Positions 8,580 to 18,294 of a stretch of DNA of 64,000 bases are shown one piece after another. The translations under genes and the position numbers were made by a program. Under the pieces are notes generated by a model, which saw only the letters and a program-made list of their open reading frames with translations, searched no databases and had not been told where the DNA came from. Source of the stretch: a virus; IMG/VR virus record IMGVR_UViG_3300040770_000293, positions 20,449 to 84,448 of that record. One strand, 5' to 3'. Position 1 is the first letter of the stretch, and every line of letters starts with the position of its first letter.

Positions 8580-8864
8580 ATGAACAGAAAACAATTATTA
8601 GAGTCAGCAATGACAGAAGAAAAAAACGTAGCAACAGTAGTTACAACTACTTTGAAAAAAGATGCTAAAGTATTAAGTAAAGCTAAAAGAGATTTAGAAG
8701 ATGCTTTGGATGAAGCAGACGAAGCTTTAGAGGAAAGGTTATCTTCAAACGTACCTTTAGACAAATCAGTAGTTGAAGTGTTGTTTGCTAAAATACAAGG
8801 TTTGAGAAAGCTATTAGATTTGTATGACGAATTTGAAGAGGCTTATTTTACAGATTTAAAGTAA
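8580..8864 (+). CDS. Hypothetical coiled-coil protein
   Basis: Monocistronic, between promoter and terminator. Confidence 0.7.
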   Translation: MNRKQLLESAMTEEKNVATVVTTTLKKDAKVLSKAKRDLEDALDEADEALEERLSSNVPLDKSVVEVLFAKIQGLRKLLDLYDEFEEAYFTDLK

Positions 8865-8876
8865 TTAGTTGTTCAC

Positions 8877-8910
8877 TCCCCTTTGAAATATTTTCTTAGG
8901 GGAATTTTTT
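8877..8910 (+). terminator. Probable intrinsic terminator
   Basis: TCCCCT/AGGGGA stem with T-tract. Confidence 0.6.
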
Positions 8911-8924
8911 AAAATTTAAATAAT

Positions 8925-10277
8925 ATGAAAATATATTTTTATACTCCCACTTTAATATCACACATAGATTTAATGTCTATGGGAGGAAGTGAAAAAGCCT
9001 ATGATGAAACTAAATTAGGCAGATATTGTTCAGGATTAAAACATGCCATAGCTTTATTTTTGCGAAATAAGGTAGACATGTCAATTAAAGTTTTAGACTC
9101 TGCTTACTCTGATAATTTTGATAGAGAAAGAAAGACTTATTATAACTTTAATAAATATGTAGCTTGTTGCGAACAAACAGGTAAAGAGAAAGAGCTTATT
9201 CAAATTAATAAAGATGTTAATCTAGAATCTTTTTTTAGTGTTCATTGTGAAGATTTAGGTGGAGGTGACTTAGATACTGAAATCATAGAAACAGGGTTCA
9301 GTACAGCCCTAGGTATTGACTGGGAGTTGTACATGGGACTTAGGGAAATCTATAGTAATATGATTGATGAAGCAGGTTACTACAGCCTAGAAAAAGATTT
9401 AACTTTTAAATATGGAACTGTAGTAGAGTTAGAGTTTGAAGAAGGCTCTGATTTTTATAATATTTGGCAAGATAGGCATCTATACATTAACGAAAAAGAG
9501 CCTCTTTTTAAAGTTTCAGATAAAGTTGAGATTTTAGAAAACCCTGAAGGTTATTTAAGAATCTATAAACAAAACATCTTAGTTTATGAAGACAGAAAAA
9601 AAGTAAGTAGATTTGCTTTTAATGTTAAATTAGGAACTATAGATGAAAGAAGAATTTTGTCTAATGTATATGAAGTTGAAGGTAGTGTTTGTAATGCTAT
9701 AATGTATTCTTCAAATGAAGAATTTTTAAGACAAATTATTACTTCTGATTTTAAAGTTTCTGAAAATGAATTTTTATCTGATAGAGGGACTTATGCTGCA
9801 GCTTCTGATTTATTACATAAGATAGCTTTTGAAGTTCAAGAAGAGTTTGGTCAAGTTAATTCTTATTCATGGTTAATGGATAAGATAAAAAGCATGAAAG
9901 GTTGTAAAATTGCTGGAAAAACTCTGTCTAATATAGGAGATCATGTATGGTCATATTCAAGTAAAGTGACTGTTGAGTCTGTTCCTGAACCTTATGCTGA
10001 GCCTGCTATTATAGTTGAAGATGTAGAATATATATGTCCTTTTTCGGCGGAAATAAAAAAATACTACAACTTTGATTTGGATGTAGAAGTTAAAAAAGCT
10101 AAATTATTAGGCTCAAAAGCTATAGCAGATAAATTTGATAATTGTATAATTATAGATGAGAATTTTAATGTAAGTGAAGACTTTTATCTGTTCTTAGTAC
10201 AATATCTAGATTTAACAAAGAAAGGAAATATAATTGATAATCTTAGTCACTATATTTGTGGCTTAATAAAAAAGTAA
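8925..10277 (+). CDS. GHKL-type ATPase-like protein with permuted motif order
   Basis: G2-box-like GRYCSGLKHAIA near N-terminus; N-box-like LREIYSNMIDE further downstream. Confidence 0.6.
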   Translation: MKIYFYTPTLISHIDLMSMGGSEKAYDETKLGRYCSGLKHAIALFLRNKVDMSIKVLDSAYSDNFDRERKTYYNFNKYVACCEQTGKEKELIQINKDVNLESFFSVHCEDLGGGDLDTEIIETGFSTALGIDWELYMGLREIYSNMIDEAGYYSLEKDLTFKYGTVVELEFEEGSDFYNIWQDRHLYINEKEPLFKVSDKVEILENPEGYLRIYKQNILVYEDRKKVSRFAFNVKLGTIDERRILSNVYEVEGSVCNAIMYSSNEEFLRQIITSDFKVSENEFLSDRGTYAAASDLLHKIAFEVQEEFGQVNSYSWLMDKIKSMKGCKIAGKTLSNIGDHVWSYSSKVTVESVPEPYAEPAIIVEDVEYICPFSAEIKKYYNFDLDVEVKKAKLLGSKAIADKFDNCIIIDENFNVSEDFYLFLVQYLDLTKKGNIIDNLSHYICGLIKK

Positions 10278-11182
10278 TGATAAAAGCAGATAAATACTTA
10301 AAGGAAACAATTTATGAAATTCTTGAAGAAGGGCAGTGGGACAAAAATCCTAGAACACATTGGGCTGATGGTACGCCTGCACATTCAAAGTTTGTAACTC
10401 AAAAAGTATTTCAATACGATATTAGTAAAGGAGAATTTCCTATTAACACTTTGAGAACAACTGCTTTAAAAGGGGCTTTTCACGATATTGAAGCTATTTA
10501 TATTAAACAGGTTAATTATTTAGAAGCAATGCACTCAAGTATCTATAGTTGGTGGAAAGATTTTAGTTGGAGAGAAAAGTTCTGTGCTTCGGGGATAGGT
10601 AGGGAAAGTTATATAAATACTATAGGTAAAACTTACGGAGACACAGTAAAACGTTATAAGTTAGTTGATAAGCTGTTAAACGGTTTAGAAGAAAATACGT
10701 TTGGTAGAAGACATAAAATTAGTTTGTGGCAAGAACAACAGGTTATTGATGACCCGAAAGCTTTAGAGCCTTGTGCTGGACTTACGTTTTGGAGTGTTAG
10801 AGATTACGATAAGTTTGAGGTAAATAAAAGATACCTTGATATAACTTTAATGCAAAGGTCAATGGACTTAGCTGTCACAAGTTCTATAAATCCTGCTCAA
10901 TACGTAATGTTTGCTATGATGGTCTGTAACCACTTGACATTTAAAACAGGTATTAAACATGAAGTTGGTAAATTGTTACATGTAGTTCAAAACTGCCACA
11001 TATATGATAGACATTTAGATTCGGCAAAAGAGGTATTAAAAAGAAAGCCTACAAAGTTACAGCCTAAAATAGAGTTGATTTGTGAACCTAAAGATTTTTA
11101 TTCTCATATAGTTGAAGATTTTAAATTTACTAATTTAGAAGATATTAAAGCACTAACAAAAAAATTAGAAATTGCAATATGA
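10277..11182 (+). CDS. thyA: Thymidylate synthase
   Basis: RHKISLW, ALEPCA (catalytic Cys), QRSMD...SINPAQY, NCHIYDRH; start placed at TAATG overlap. Confidence 0.93.
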   Translation: MIKADKYLKETIYEILEEGQWDKNPRTHWADGTPAHSKFVTQKVFQYDISKGEFPINTLRTTALKGAFHDIEAIYIKQVNYLEAMHSSIYSWWKDFSWREKFCASGIGRESYINTIGKTYGDTVKRYKLVDKLLNGLEENTFGRRHKISLWQEQQVIDDPKALEPCAGLTFWSVRDYDKFEVNKRYLDITLMQRSMDLAVTSSINPAQYVMFAMMVCNHLTFKTGIKHEVGKLLHVVQNCHIYDRHLDSAKEVLKRKPTKLQPKIELICEPKDFYSHIVEDFKFTNLEDIKALTKKLEIAI

Positions 11183-11409
11183 AAAAAGAACTATTTATTC
11201 AATGTGAATGTCAAGGAGAGATTTTAAAAATAGATAAGTTTGAAGATGAAAGTGAATATTATTTGACTGTTTTTAAATATTATTTTCCTTCTTTAACCCT
11301 TTTCCGCCGAATTAAATACGCTTGGAAAATTCTAAAAGGGGAGGGAATAAGAACTGCAGATATAGTTTTAAGTCAAGAGAGTTTTAACAAAATAAAAAAT
11401 TTTAAATAA
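11179..11409 (+). CDS. Hypothetical protein
   Basis: ATGA overlap. Confidence 0.65.
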   Translation: MKKELFIQCECQGEILKIDKFEDESEYYLTVFKYYFPSLTLFRRIKYAWKILKGEGIRTADIVLSQESFNKIKNFK

Positions 11410-11410
11410 A

Positions 11411-11818
11411 ATGCAAAAACAATTAACACAAGTTGCAACTTTCCAAAGTGCTTTTGGTCAGAATATAGAGCCTAGCCCTACTTTAATAACCAAAGACACA
11501 GCTCATCTACGTTTTGAGTTAATGAAGGAAGAGAATGAAGAATATTTAGAAGCTATTGAAAATAATGATTTACTAGAAGTAGCTGATGCACTTACAGATC
11601 AGCTCTATATTCTATGTGGAACTATTTTAGAACATGGAATGCAGAACATAATAGAAAAATGCTTTGAAGAAGTTCAACGTTCAAATATGAGCAAATTAGA
11701 TGATAATGGTTTACCTATAATCAATGGAGAAAATGGGGTATTAGACACTAAAAAAGCAATAGGTAAAATTCTAAAATCTAAAAATTTCTCAGAGCCTAAC
11801 CTTAAACAGTTTTTATAA
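11411..11818 (+). CDS. MazG-like NTP pyrophosphohydrolase
   Basis: EENEEY...EVADALTDQLY, EVQRSNMSKL. Confidence 0.88.
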   Translation: MQKQLTQVATFQSAFGQNIEPSPTLITKDTAHLRFELMKEENEEYLEAIENNDLLEVADALTDQLYILCGTILEHGMQNIIEKCFEEVQRSNMSKLDDNGLPIINGENGVLDTKKAIGKILKSKNFSEPNLKQFL

Positions 11819-11960
11819 TGGACACAAAACATTTTAAATACGCAAACGATTTAACTGATTGGGTTCACAGTAACATACAAATTAGTCAGATTATATCAAT
11901 AGCTTCAGCAGGTGCACATTCTGAAGGATATGTACTATTTTATAAATTAAAACCTTAATT

Positions 11961-12158
11961 ATGAATTACTATTACGACCCTATATTAGGGCTACAATACG
12001 ATTTTTTAGGAAATTGGATAGTTATAGAAATAGAAGCTTTACCCAAGAATTTAGAGTTTGATGTAACACTTTGGAAGAAATATACTAACCAAAAAGGTAT
12101 TAGCCTTTTAAATACAAAACCTGAAGAACTTGTAAAAATAACAGATTATATGCTATGA
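11961..12158 (+). CDS. Hypothetical protein
   Basis: ORF in operon. Confidence 0.55.
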   Translation: MNYYYDPILGLQYDFLGNWIVIEIEALPKNLEFDVTLWKKYTNQKGISLLNTKPEELVKITDYML

Positions 12159-12246
12159 AATTTAAAGACTTTATTTTAGGATCTATACCTTACATGGTTA
12201 TATATGGGTTGTGTTACTTAGTGTTTAGAGTTATTGCTTATTTAAT

Positions 12247-12275
12247 AGGAGAGATTTAAAAGTTTCTCCTTTTTT
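12247..12275 (+). terminator. Intrinsic terminator
   Basis: AGGAGA/TCTCCT stem with T-tract. Confidence 0.7.
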
Positions 12276-12276
12276 A

Positions 12277-12308
12277 TTTGTTTTCGGCGAGAATTAGTTA
12301 TACATTTG
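12277..12308 (+). promoter_or_regulatory. Bacteroidota sigma-A-type promoter
   Basis: TTTG-N20-TACATTTG. Confidence 0.75.
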
Positions 12309-12325
12309 TAAAAAATAAAAACAAT

Positions 12326-12583
12326 ATGAAAAATAAAATACTAGAAAATTGGACTGCACTTGAAGATATTGAAAAACAAGTAAAAGAACAGACCAATGAT
12401 CCTGATGCTGGGTTTAATGCATCAACTTTCTTTTTTGGAAGTGAGGGTCGTCATTTAATGATTCCCGCAATGTATAGAACTAAAAAAGGTGAAAACTACT
12501 CTAAGTAATATAAAGAAATGATGGTGCATGCAAAATTTTGCCCTTTTACTGGAAAACCTTTATATAAAGAAGATTTAACCTAA
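12326..12583 (+). pseudogene. Small gene interrupted by in-frame TAA (12506-12508)
   Basis: Frame continues YKEMMVHAKFCPFTGKPLYKEDLT* after the stop. Confidence 0.6.
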
Positions 12584-12585
12584 AA

Positions 12586-12680
12586 AAGGGTTGTACTAAG
12601 TTAAATCTTAAAACCCATCATCAGAACCCTTGAAAGACCCGATAAAGAATGAAAATTCAGTAAAGCTGTTAATGGTGGGT
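12586..12680 (+). ncRNA. Candidate structured intergenic RNA with alternative pairings
   Basis: 9-bp stem 12613-12621/12672-12680 plus 12622-12624/12666-12668; AAGGGTT 12586-12592 can pair with AACCCTT 12625-12631. Confidence 0.4.
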
Positions 12681-12698
12681 ATTTAAAAATAAAAAGTT

Positions 12699-12965
12699 AT
12701 GAAAATAGAATTCAAAGGTAAAAGAAGTAATTGGAGCATTAACCCTAGAGCGTTAAGAAATATTAAGTGTGGAGAAATTACTATTGCTAATTGCTCTGGA
12801 GGTCAAAGTGGGGACAATGAAGAAGAAGAGATAGCCAACGCTGTATTAATTTCACAGTCTCTAAACATGTTTGATATGTTGAATGATATTTTAGAACAGG
12901 AAAATATAAGCCAATCTGCACACGATGAAATAGTAAAATTAATCACAAAAGCAACAACAACATGA
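12699..12965 (+). CDS. Hypothetical protein
   Basis: ORF in operon. Confidence 0.65.
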   Translation: MKIEFKGKRSNWSINPRALRNIKCGEITIANCSGGQSGDNEEEEIANAVLISQSLNMFDMLNDILEQENISQSAHDEIVKLITKATTT

Positions 12966-13207
12966 AAACTAAATTAATTTTTGATAATGACAGTCCAGAT
13001 GATGCTTTACAGTTAAAACGCTGTTTAGCTTCCAACCATTTAGTTACCGCTTTGTGGGAAATAAATCGGCTTAAAAAGAAATTAGAACAGAAATTTGAAA
13101 ATCAAGACAATAATAACGATTTGTTTGATGGAATAGAATTAAGTTTCTCTGAAATACAAAAGATATTAGATAATTGGAATATTAATGTTGACGAATTAAT
13201 AGGGTAA
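12962..13207 (+). CDS. Hypothetical protein
   Basis: ATGA overlap. Confidence 0.65.
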   Translation: MKTKLIFDNDSPDDALQLKRCLASNHLVTALWEINRLKKKLEQKFENQDNNNDLFDGIELSFSEIQKILDNWNINVDELIG

Positions 13208-13210
13208 GGT

Positions 13211-13834
13211 ATGAAAAAACGAGTTTTAAATCTTTATGCGGGATTAGGTGGAAATAGGCAAAAATGGGATGACGAATTATATGAAGTAGTTTCTGTTGAA
13301 CTTGAACCTAATATTGCATCAGTCTATGTTAAATTGTATCCTCAAGATACTTTAATAGTTGGAGATGCTCATCAATACTTGTTAGACCATTATGATGAAT
13401 TTGATATTATTTGGAGTTCTCCTCCTTGCCAAACTCATAGTAAAATGATGAAAGCAACTAGACATAAAAAGAGAAGGTACTCTGACATGAGTCTGTATCA
13501 AGAGATTATATTTTTACAACACTTCTTTAAAGGTAAGTGGATTGTAGAAAACGTAAAGCCTTACTACGAACCCTTAATTCCACCTACAAAAACTTTAGGT
13601 AGACATTATATTTGGAGTAATTTTGAAATAGCTGATTTTGATTTACCAAACATAAAAGGATTTATAACTAAAGGTACAGTTGCTGAAACTCAACATTTAA
13701 AAGACTGGTTAGGTATTCAGTATGAAGGAAATTTGTATTATAAAGGGAATCATTGTCCAGGTCAAATATTAAGAAATTGTGTTCATCCTGATATGGGTAA
13801 ACATATTATTAATCAAGTAGAACTATGCATGTAA
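13211..13834 (+). CDS. Orphan C5-cytosine DNA methyltransferase (short form)
   Basis: LNLYAGLGG, SSPPCQ, VENV, RHYIWSN. Confidence 0.88.
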   Translation: MKKRVLNLYAGLGGNRQKWDDELYEVVSVELEPNIASVYVKLYPQDTLIVGDAHQYLLDHYDEFDIIWSSPPCQTHSKMMKATRHKKRRYSDMSLYQEIIFLQHFFKGKWIVENVKPYYEPLIPPTKTLGRHYIWSNFEIADFDLPNIKGFITKGTVAETQHLKDWLGIQYEGNLYYKGNHCPGQILRNCVHPDMGKHIINQVELCM

Positions 13835-14415
13835 ATTTTAAACTATTAAATGGTAGAGGAATAAGTCCAAATGAATTTATGTTTCTTTTGGCGGCAAAAA
13901 CAAATAAAACAGAAGATAATTCAGGTATAATAGAATACTACTTTAAAGACATTCTAAGCAAGTTTAAAGAGACAAACCTAATAACATTTGTAAAAGCTAA
14001 AAACAAGTCTGAAAATGAATATAATACTGTTCGTTTATCTTCTGTAGGTAATGATTGGATTGATGATATTACTACAGCAGGTATAACTGAAGATGATATT
14101 AAACTGTTTACTTGGTTGGAGAATGTATATAAATCTATGGATAAAGAGGCTGGGAATAAAAGAAAATGTAAAAATTTTATTGCTCAGTTTAGGGCTAATT
14201 CAGGTATTTGTAAAAATCATCTAGCTTTTCTTTGTCAAACATTTATAAATGATGATAAAGAAATAGAATACAGTCAAAAACTTGAATTTTTATTTTTTAA
14301 GGGGGCTAATTTATTTGAAACTAAGTTTGACATTTATCAAAGCCGACTGTTTCAATATTATGAAAAAAGAAAAGAATTTTTTGAAGATGCTTTCACAAGA
14401 ATAAACAACAACTAA
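13825..14415 (+). CDS. Hypothetical replication-associated protein
   Basis: Abuts the helicase; role inferred from position only. Confidence 0.6.
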   Translation: MHVNFKLLNGRGISPNEFMFLLAAKTNKTEDNSGIIEYYFKDILSKFKETNLITFVKAKNKSENEYNTVRLSSVGNDWIDDITTAGITEDDIKLFTWLENVYKSMDKEAGNKRKCKNFIAQFRANSGICKNHLAFLCQTFINDDKEIEYSQKLEFLFFKGANLFETKFDIYQSRLFQYYEKRKEFFEDAFTRINNN

Positions 14416-15534
14416 ATGCAAGAAATTACCTTAGATAATAGAATAAGAAAAGTAGGAGATGCAGCTACAGAAGCTTTTTGTGAATTAAATAAAATACAGA
14501 AAAAAGAGAAGTTAATACTAAAGACAGGAGAAGAAATGATAGACTGCCATATTGGTGGGTTATTAGTAGGAGATTGTGTTTTATTAGCTGGTGCTCCAAG
14601 TTCAGGTAAATCTGAAACTCTTTATAGAATGATTGAAAAAATAATGAGTAAAGAAGTTAACTTTTTTGCTGATAATTTTGTTAGTCTAGAATTTAGTATG
14701 GAGATGAGGATGTTAAATAAATTACTTCGTTCTACTCACACTTTACTAGGAAAGAAAAAATCAGATATTCTATTTGAACCTTTTAATGAAGATGAAGCGA
14801 AAAAAGTAAAAGAATATTATGAAAATTTAAAAGATAACAGAAGATATGTAGTACAAGCTCCTGTAACTCCAGAAGAATTTTACAAAATGACTAAAGAGTT
14901 TTGCTTACTAAATACCTCAAAAGACGCTATAATTCTTTCAATTGACCACTTGTTGCTTTTTTCAGGCTCTGATAAACAGTCTGTTCTTGAAAGAATTTCT
15001 GAGTTTGTCAACTTATTAAAATTAGAATTCAAAAATATATATTTTATTCTTTTATCTCAATTAAATCGTTCTCACAATGCTATAATAAAAGTTAAATCTA
15101 ACGATATGATACCTACCAATTCTTTACTTTTTGGTTCGTCCTTTATGGAGCAATTAGCATCTTACATTGTGATTATAACTAACCCTTTTAAACAGTCTAT
15201 TGACCAATATTTAAAAGTTAATATTAATAGATACGACTATTTATCAGAGTTTTTTGGTGAAGAAGATAAAAATGACAGAGTTTCGTTTTCTACTGTTGGG
15301 AATCTGTTCTTTTTTGTTACAAAAACTAGGGAGTCAGATAATGCTTGGAAAGATTTATTTATTAAACGTTTAGATTTAAATGAGGATCAACTTAAAAAAA
15401 TGAAACAATCTGTTGTGGATAATTCTTTATCTTTACCTACTCCAAACTTTACTTCAACACCTGTATTTAATTATCCACCTGTAACTCCTAACTTTTATTT
15501 GGAAGATGCTTTTGGAGATGATAAGCCGTTTTAA
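14416..15534 (+). CDS. DnaB-like (SF4) replicative helicase
   Basis: Walker A AGAPSSGKS, SLEFSMEM, IDH, LSQLNR. Confidence 0.85.
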   Translation: MQEITLDNRIRKVGDAATEAFCELNKIQKKEKLILKTGEEMIDCHIGGLLVGDCVLLAGAPSSGKSETLYRMIEKIMSKEVNFFADNFVSLEFSMEMRMLNKLLRSTHTLLGKKKSDILFEPFNEDEAKKVKEYYENLKDNRRYVVQAPVTPEEFYKMTKEFCLLNTSKDAIILSIDHLLLFSGSDKQSVLERISEFVNLLKLEFKNIYFILLSQLNRSHNAIIKVKSNDMIPTNSLLFGSSFMEQLASYIVIITNPFKQSIDQYLKVNINRYDYLSEFFGEEDKNDRVSFSTVGNLFFFVTKTRESDNAWKDLFIKRLDLNEDQLKKMKQSVVDNSLSLPTPNFTSTPVFNYPPVTPNFYLEDAFGDDKPF

Positions 15535-15540
15535 ACTTTT

Positions 15541-15590
15541 TTATTAAGTTTTTCTTGCGGGAATAAAAGATAATACATATATTTGTAAAA
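15541..15590 (+). promoter_or_regulatory. Promoter cassette copy 2
   Basis: TTATTAAGTTTTTCTTGCGGGAAT...TATATTTGTAAAA. Confidence 0.85.
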
Positions 15591-15601
15591 AATAAAAAAT
15601 T

Positions 15602-15916
15602 ATGGAGATAAGTTTAAAATTAAATCATGGTTCTGCTTATTTAAAAGTAGAAGCAGATAACGTAAGAATAGAAGAACATATAAGTGAAACTATTTATGGA
15701 GTAAAGGAGGACGGCACTAAAGATTTTAGTCAAAGATTTGGCTATGATATAAGTGATGAATACTTAACTCAACTAGAAAGGGTCTTAGAAGATATGTTTT
15801 ATTATAGAGTTAAAGAGTATGACAGTAATGGTTTGATAAGGCAAGCCTTTAATAAGTTGCCTGAAGATGTGAAAAAAGATATGTTAAAAGAATTAAATGA
15901 GACTCATGGATTATAA
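15602..15916 (+). CDS. Hypothetical protein
   Basis: First ORF after promoter. Confidence 0.65.
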   Translation: MEISLKLNHGSAYLKVEADNVRIEEHISETIYGVKEDGTKDFSQRFGYDISDEYLTQLERVLEDMFYYRVKEYDSNGLIRQAFNKLPEDVKKDMLKELNETHGL

Positions 15917-16295
15917 AACAGCTTGGAATAAATACGTGGAAACCATACAAAGTTCTGCTTACATGCAAAGATTAACTCTTGCTAATGAAGAAAAGTTATT
16001 TAAAGCAGGATTTGAATATGCTAGAAATAATGAAAAGCTCTACACAGAAAAAGCAAAACAATTTCTAGAAAGTAAGCAAGAAGAGCATTTCAATAAGTTT
16101 GATGTATATGCTGATACTAACAGTAAGATAGCTGAATGGATGGAGGAGTATGCTAGAAACTTTAAAGTAGATAAATTAGAAATAATAGATCATACACCTA
16201 ATGGAGAAGGTAGAGCTTACATTAAAAGAGGAGATATAACGGGAGAAATACAATTACAAGACGAGGGTAAAAGTTTTAAAATATTTTTAAAATAA
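15906..16295 (+). CDS. Hypothetical protein
   Basis: ATG at 15906 overlaps previous gene. Confidence 0.6.
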   Translation: MDYKTAWNKYVETIQSSAYMQRLTLANEEKLFKAGFEYARNNEKLYTEKAKQFLESKQEEHFNKFDVYADTNSKIAEWMEEYARNFKVDKLEIIDHTPNGEGRAYIKRGDITGEIQLQDEGKSFKIFLK

Positions 16296-16644
16296 ATTAT
16301 TATGTGGGAATTAATTAAAAAATGGATTGAGAATAAGTCTTACAGATGTGAGCATAATTGGGAATTGCTTACAGAAAAAGATGTGTATTTAACTAGTAGT
16401 GATAAAATGCCACATATGACAAAATTTGTTTATAGGTGTAAAAAGTGTTGTAAATCTAAAACTATAAAGACTTAACTATGAAAGAAGTAAGGTTTAAAAC
16501 TATAAATATAGGAGAAGTATTTTTTATTAAAACTGAAGATTATAACCGTATCTCTCAATGTGTTAAAGTTGGTGATTTATTAGGAGAAGAGATTTTTGGT
16601 GGTTTATTTCCTTTGGCGGAAAGTGATTTAATACTTGTAGAAGA

Positions 16645-17109
16645 ATGACACAAATAATTCTTAAGGATGTTATACAAATAACAGATAAAGATATATTAAA
16701 CGCAATGGCTTACACGTTATATAAACTAAACTATGAAGAAGTTTTAAGGAATAATGAGCTAGAGTGGGAAGATGTTTGTCAAGAGTTTATAAATGCTATA
16801 GAAAGCCCTAAACTAATTGAATTTTATTTGTTGGGAGCTTTCGTAAAAAGTATGTCAAATATAGAAATAGCATGTATAAAATTTAATAGTTTTAAAGTTT
16901 CTATGTATATCACAGATAAATTTTTAGTTAATGAAGTTTATAAAGATTATTTTAAAGTGGGGTTATTAAACGATAGTGACAAAAGAGAGTTTAAAAGAGT
17001 GGGAAAATACGAGGAAATTATAAAATTCTTAAAAGAGTTACAATTCCCTTATGTATGGGAGTATGAGAAATTTTTTAGATTGGGATGTTCTTTTAATAAA
17101 AATAATTAA
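16645..17109 (+). CDS. Hypothetical protein
   Basis: ORF in operon. Confidence 0.65.
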   Translation: MTQIILKDVIQITDKDILNAMAYTLYKLNYEEVLRNNELEWEDVCQEFINAIESPKLIEFYLLGAFVKSMSNIEIACIKFNSFKVSMYITDKFLVNEVYKDYFKVGLLNDSDKREFKRVGKYEEIIKFLKELQFPYVWEYEKFFRLGCSFNKNN

Positions 17110-17111
17110 TT

Positions 17112-17801
17112 ATGTTAGAAAAATTTATAGAAGAGTGGCTTCCTAAAACAATACAATGGGATAATATAGGTAAATTTATATTAGAATCAGGTATAGAAAT
17201 TACAGAAGAACAGAATCCTAAATGGTTGACAGGTTATACAAACATTGGTAAAAGTCATAAACCACATCACAAAGATGAGTATGTGCGTTACATGGAAGAA
17301 AGTCTATTTGTGCTTCATGATGTAGTTCATCAAATATTTACCTTAGAAACTGAATGCTCAAAGGAAGAATATGTAAAACGTCAACTATACGGAGAGTTAT
17401 TTACCTTTTACTTAACAGAGTATGTGATACCTAGTTATTGGTATATTACTCATTCTAAATACCTAGATGACGATAGGGGATGTTTTTGGTTAATGTATGA
17501 TATACTTAAGGATAAACCTAAAGATATTAATATTATTGATTGGATGTGGGATATTTTTATAGATGAAAGTAGAGGAGTATGGACTATCAATATAAAAGGT
17601 TTAGAGAAATATAGAAAGATGTTCCAAGAAGATTTAGAAAACTCTAAGAAAAATTACAAGAATTTACCTAAGATTAAAAGTTATTGCATGGTTGGGGCTT
17701 CAAGTCAAAATCATATAGACTTTTTTGAAGCTGTTTCTTGTGGCGCAATAAAAAATATAAAAAGAGATTTTAATTTAGAACTGCCAAGTAATTGGATTTA
17801 A
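17112..17801 (+). CDS. Hypothetical protein with HDxxH motif
   Basis: FVLHDVVHQ...GELF, possible metal site. Confidence 0.65.
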   Translation: MLEKFIEEWLPKTIQWDNIGKFILESGIEITEEQNPKWLTGYTNIGKSHKPHHKDEYVRYMEESLFVLHDVVHQIFTLETECSKEEYVKRQLYGELFTFYLTEYVIPSYWYITHSKYLDDDRGCFWLMYDILKDKPKDINIIDWMWDIFIDESRGVWTINIKGLEKYRKMFQEDLENSKKNYKNLPKIKSYCMVGASSQNHIDFFEAVSCGAIKNIKRDFNLELPSNWI

Positions 17802-17961
17802 TTTCAGCAAAAAAAATAAAAACAGATGGAAGAGATAAAAGAATGTAACTTAAACGAAAATGGTAACTGTACTTGTTACTTGGAAAAGTGTTCTGAAATA
17901 AGTGATTGTGCACCAAAGTTGATTATAAAAAGAAATATGTTAACAGTAAATAAATTGATAA

Positions 17962-18294
17962 ATGAAAAGTAAGGCAACAAACACAGAGGTAATGTTATTT
18001 TTTATAGGTTTTATATTTTCGATTATTAGTTTATTCACTTTGAACGACTATGTAATTGGATTGAGTATAGGAATACTAAGTACTTTAAATGTAATTTGGT
18101 ATTTTTCAGATATCTTTAATAAAAAACCAGAAAGATACACTTATAAAGGCAACACCTACACTTTTAATTATTACTGTTCTTTTAAGCACCCTGAAAATAG
18201 AGGTTGGGTTACAGCGGTAAACTATTCTGACAAAGCAGGTAATAAATATATAAGAGAAGTTTCTGAATTTAATAAATTATTTATAAATGAGTAA
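17962..18294 (+). CDS. Hypothetical membrane protein
   Basis: Two N-terminal hydrophobic segments. Confidence 0.65.
   Translation: MKSKATNTEVMLFFIGFIFSIISLFTLNDYVIGLSIGILSTLNVIWYFSDIFNKKPERYTYKGNTYTFNYYCSFKHPENRGWVTAVNYSDKAGNKYIREVSEFNKLFINE

Noticed and set aside
12278-12325. Tracked TTG start at 12278
   Set aside because: Lies within the promoter; ATG 12326 has the usual A-rich leader.
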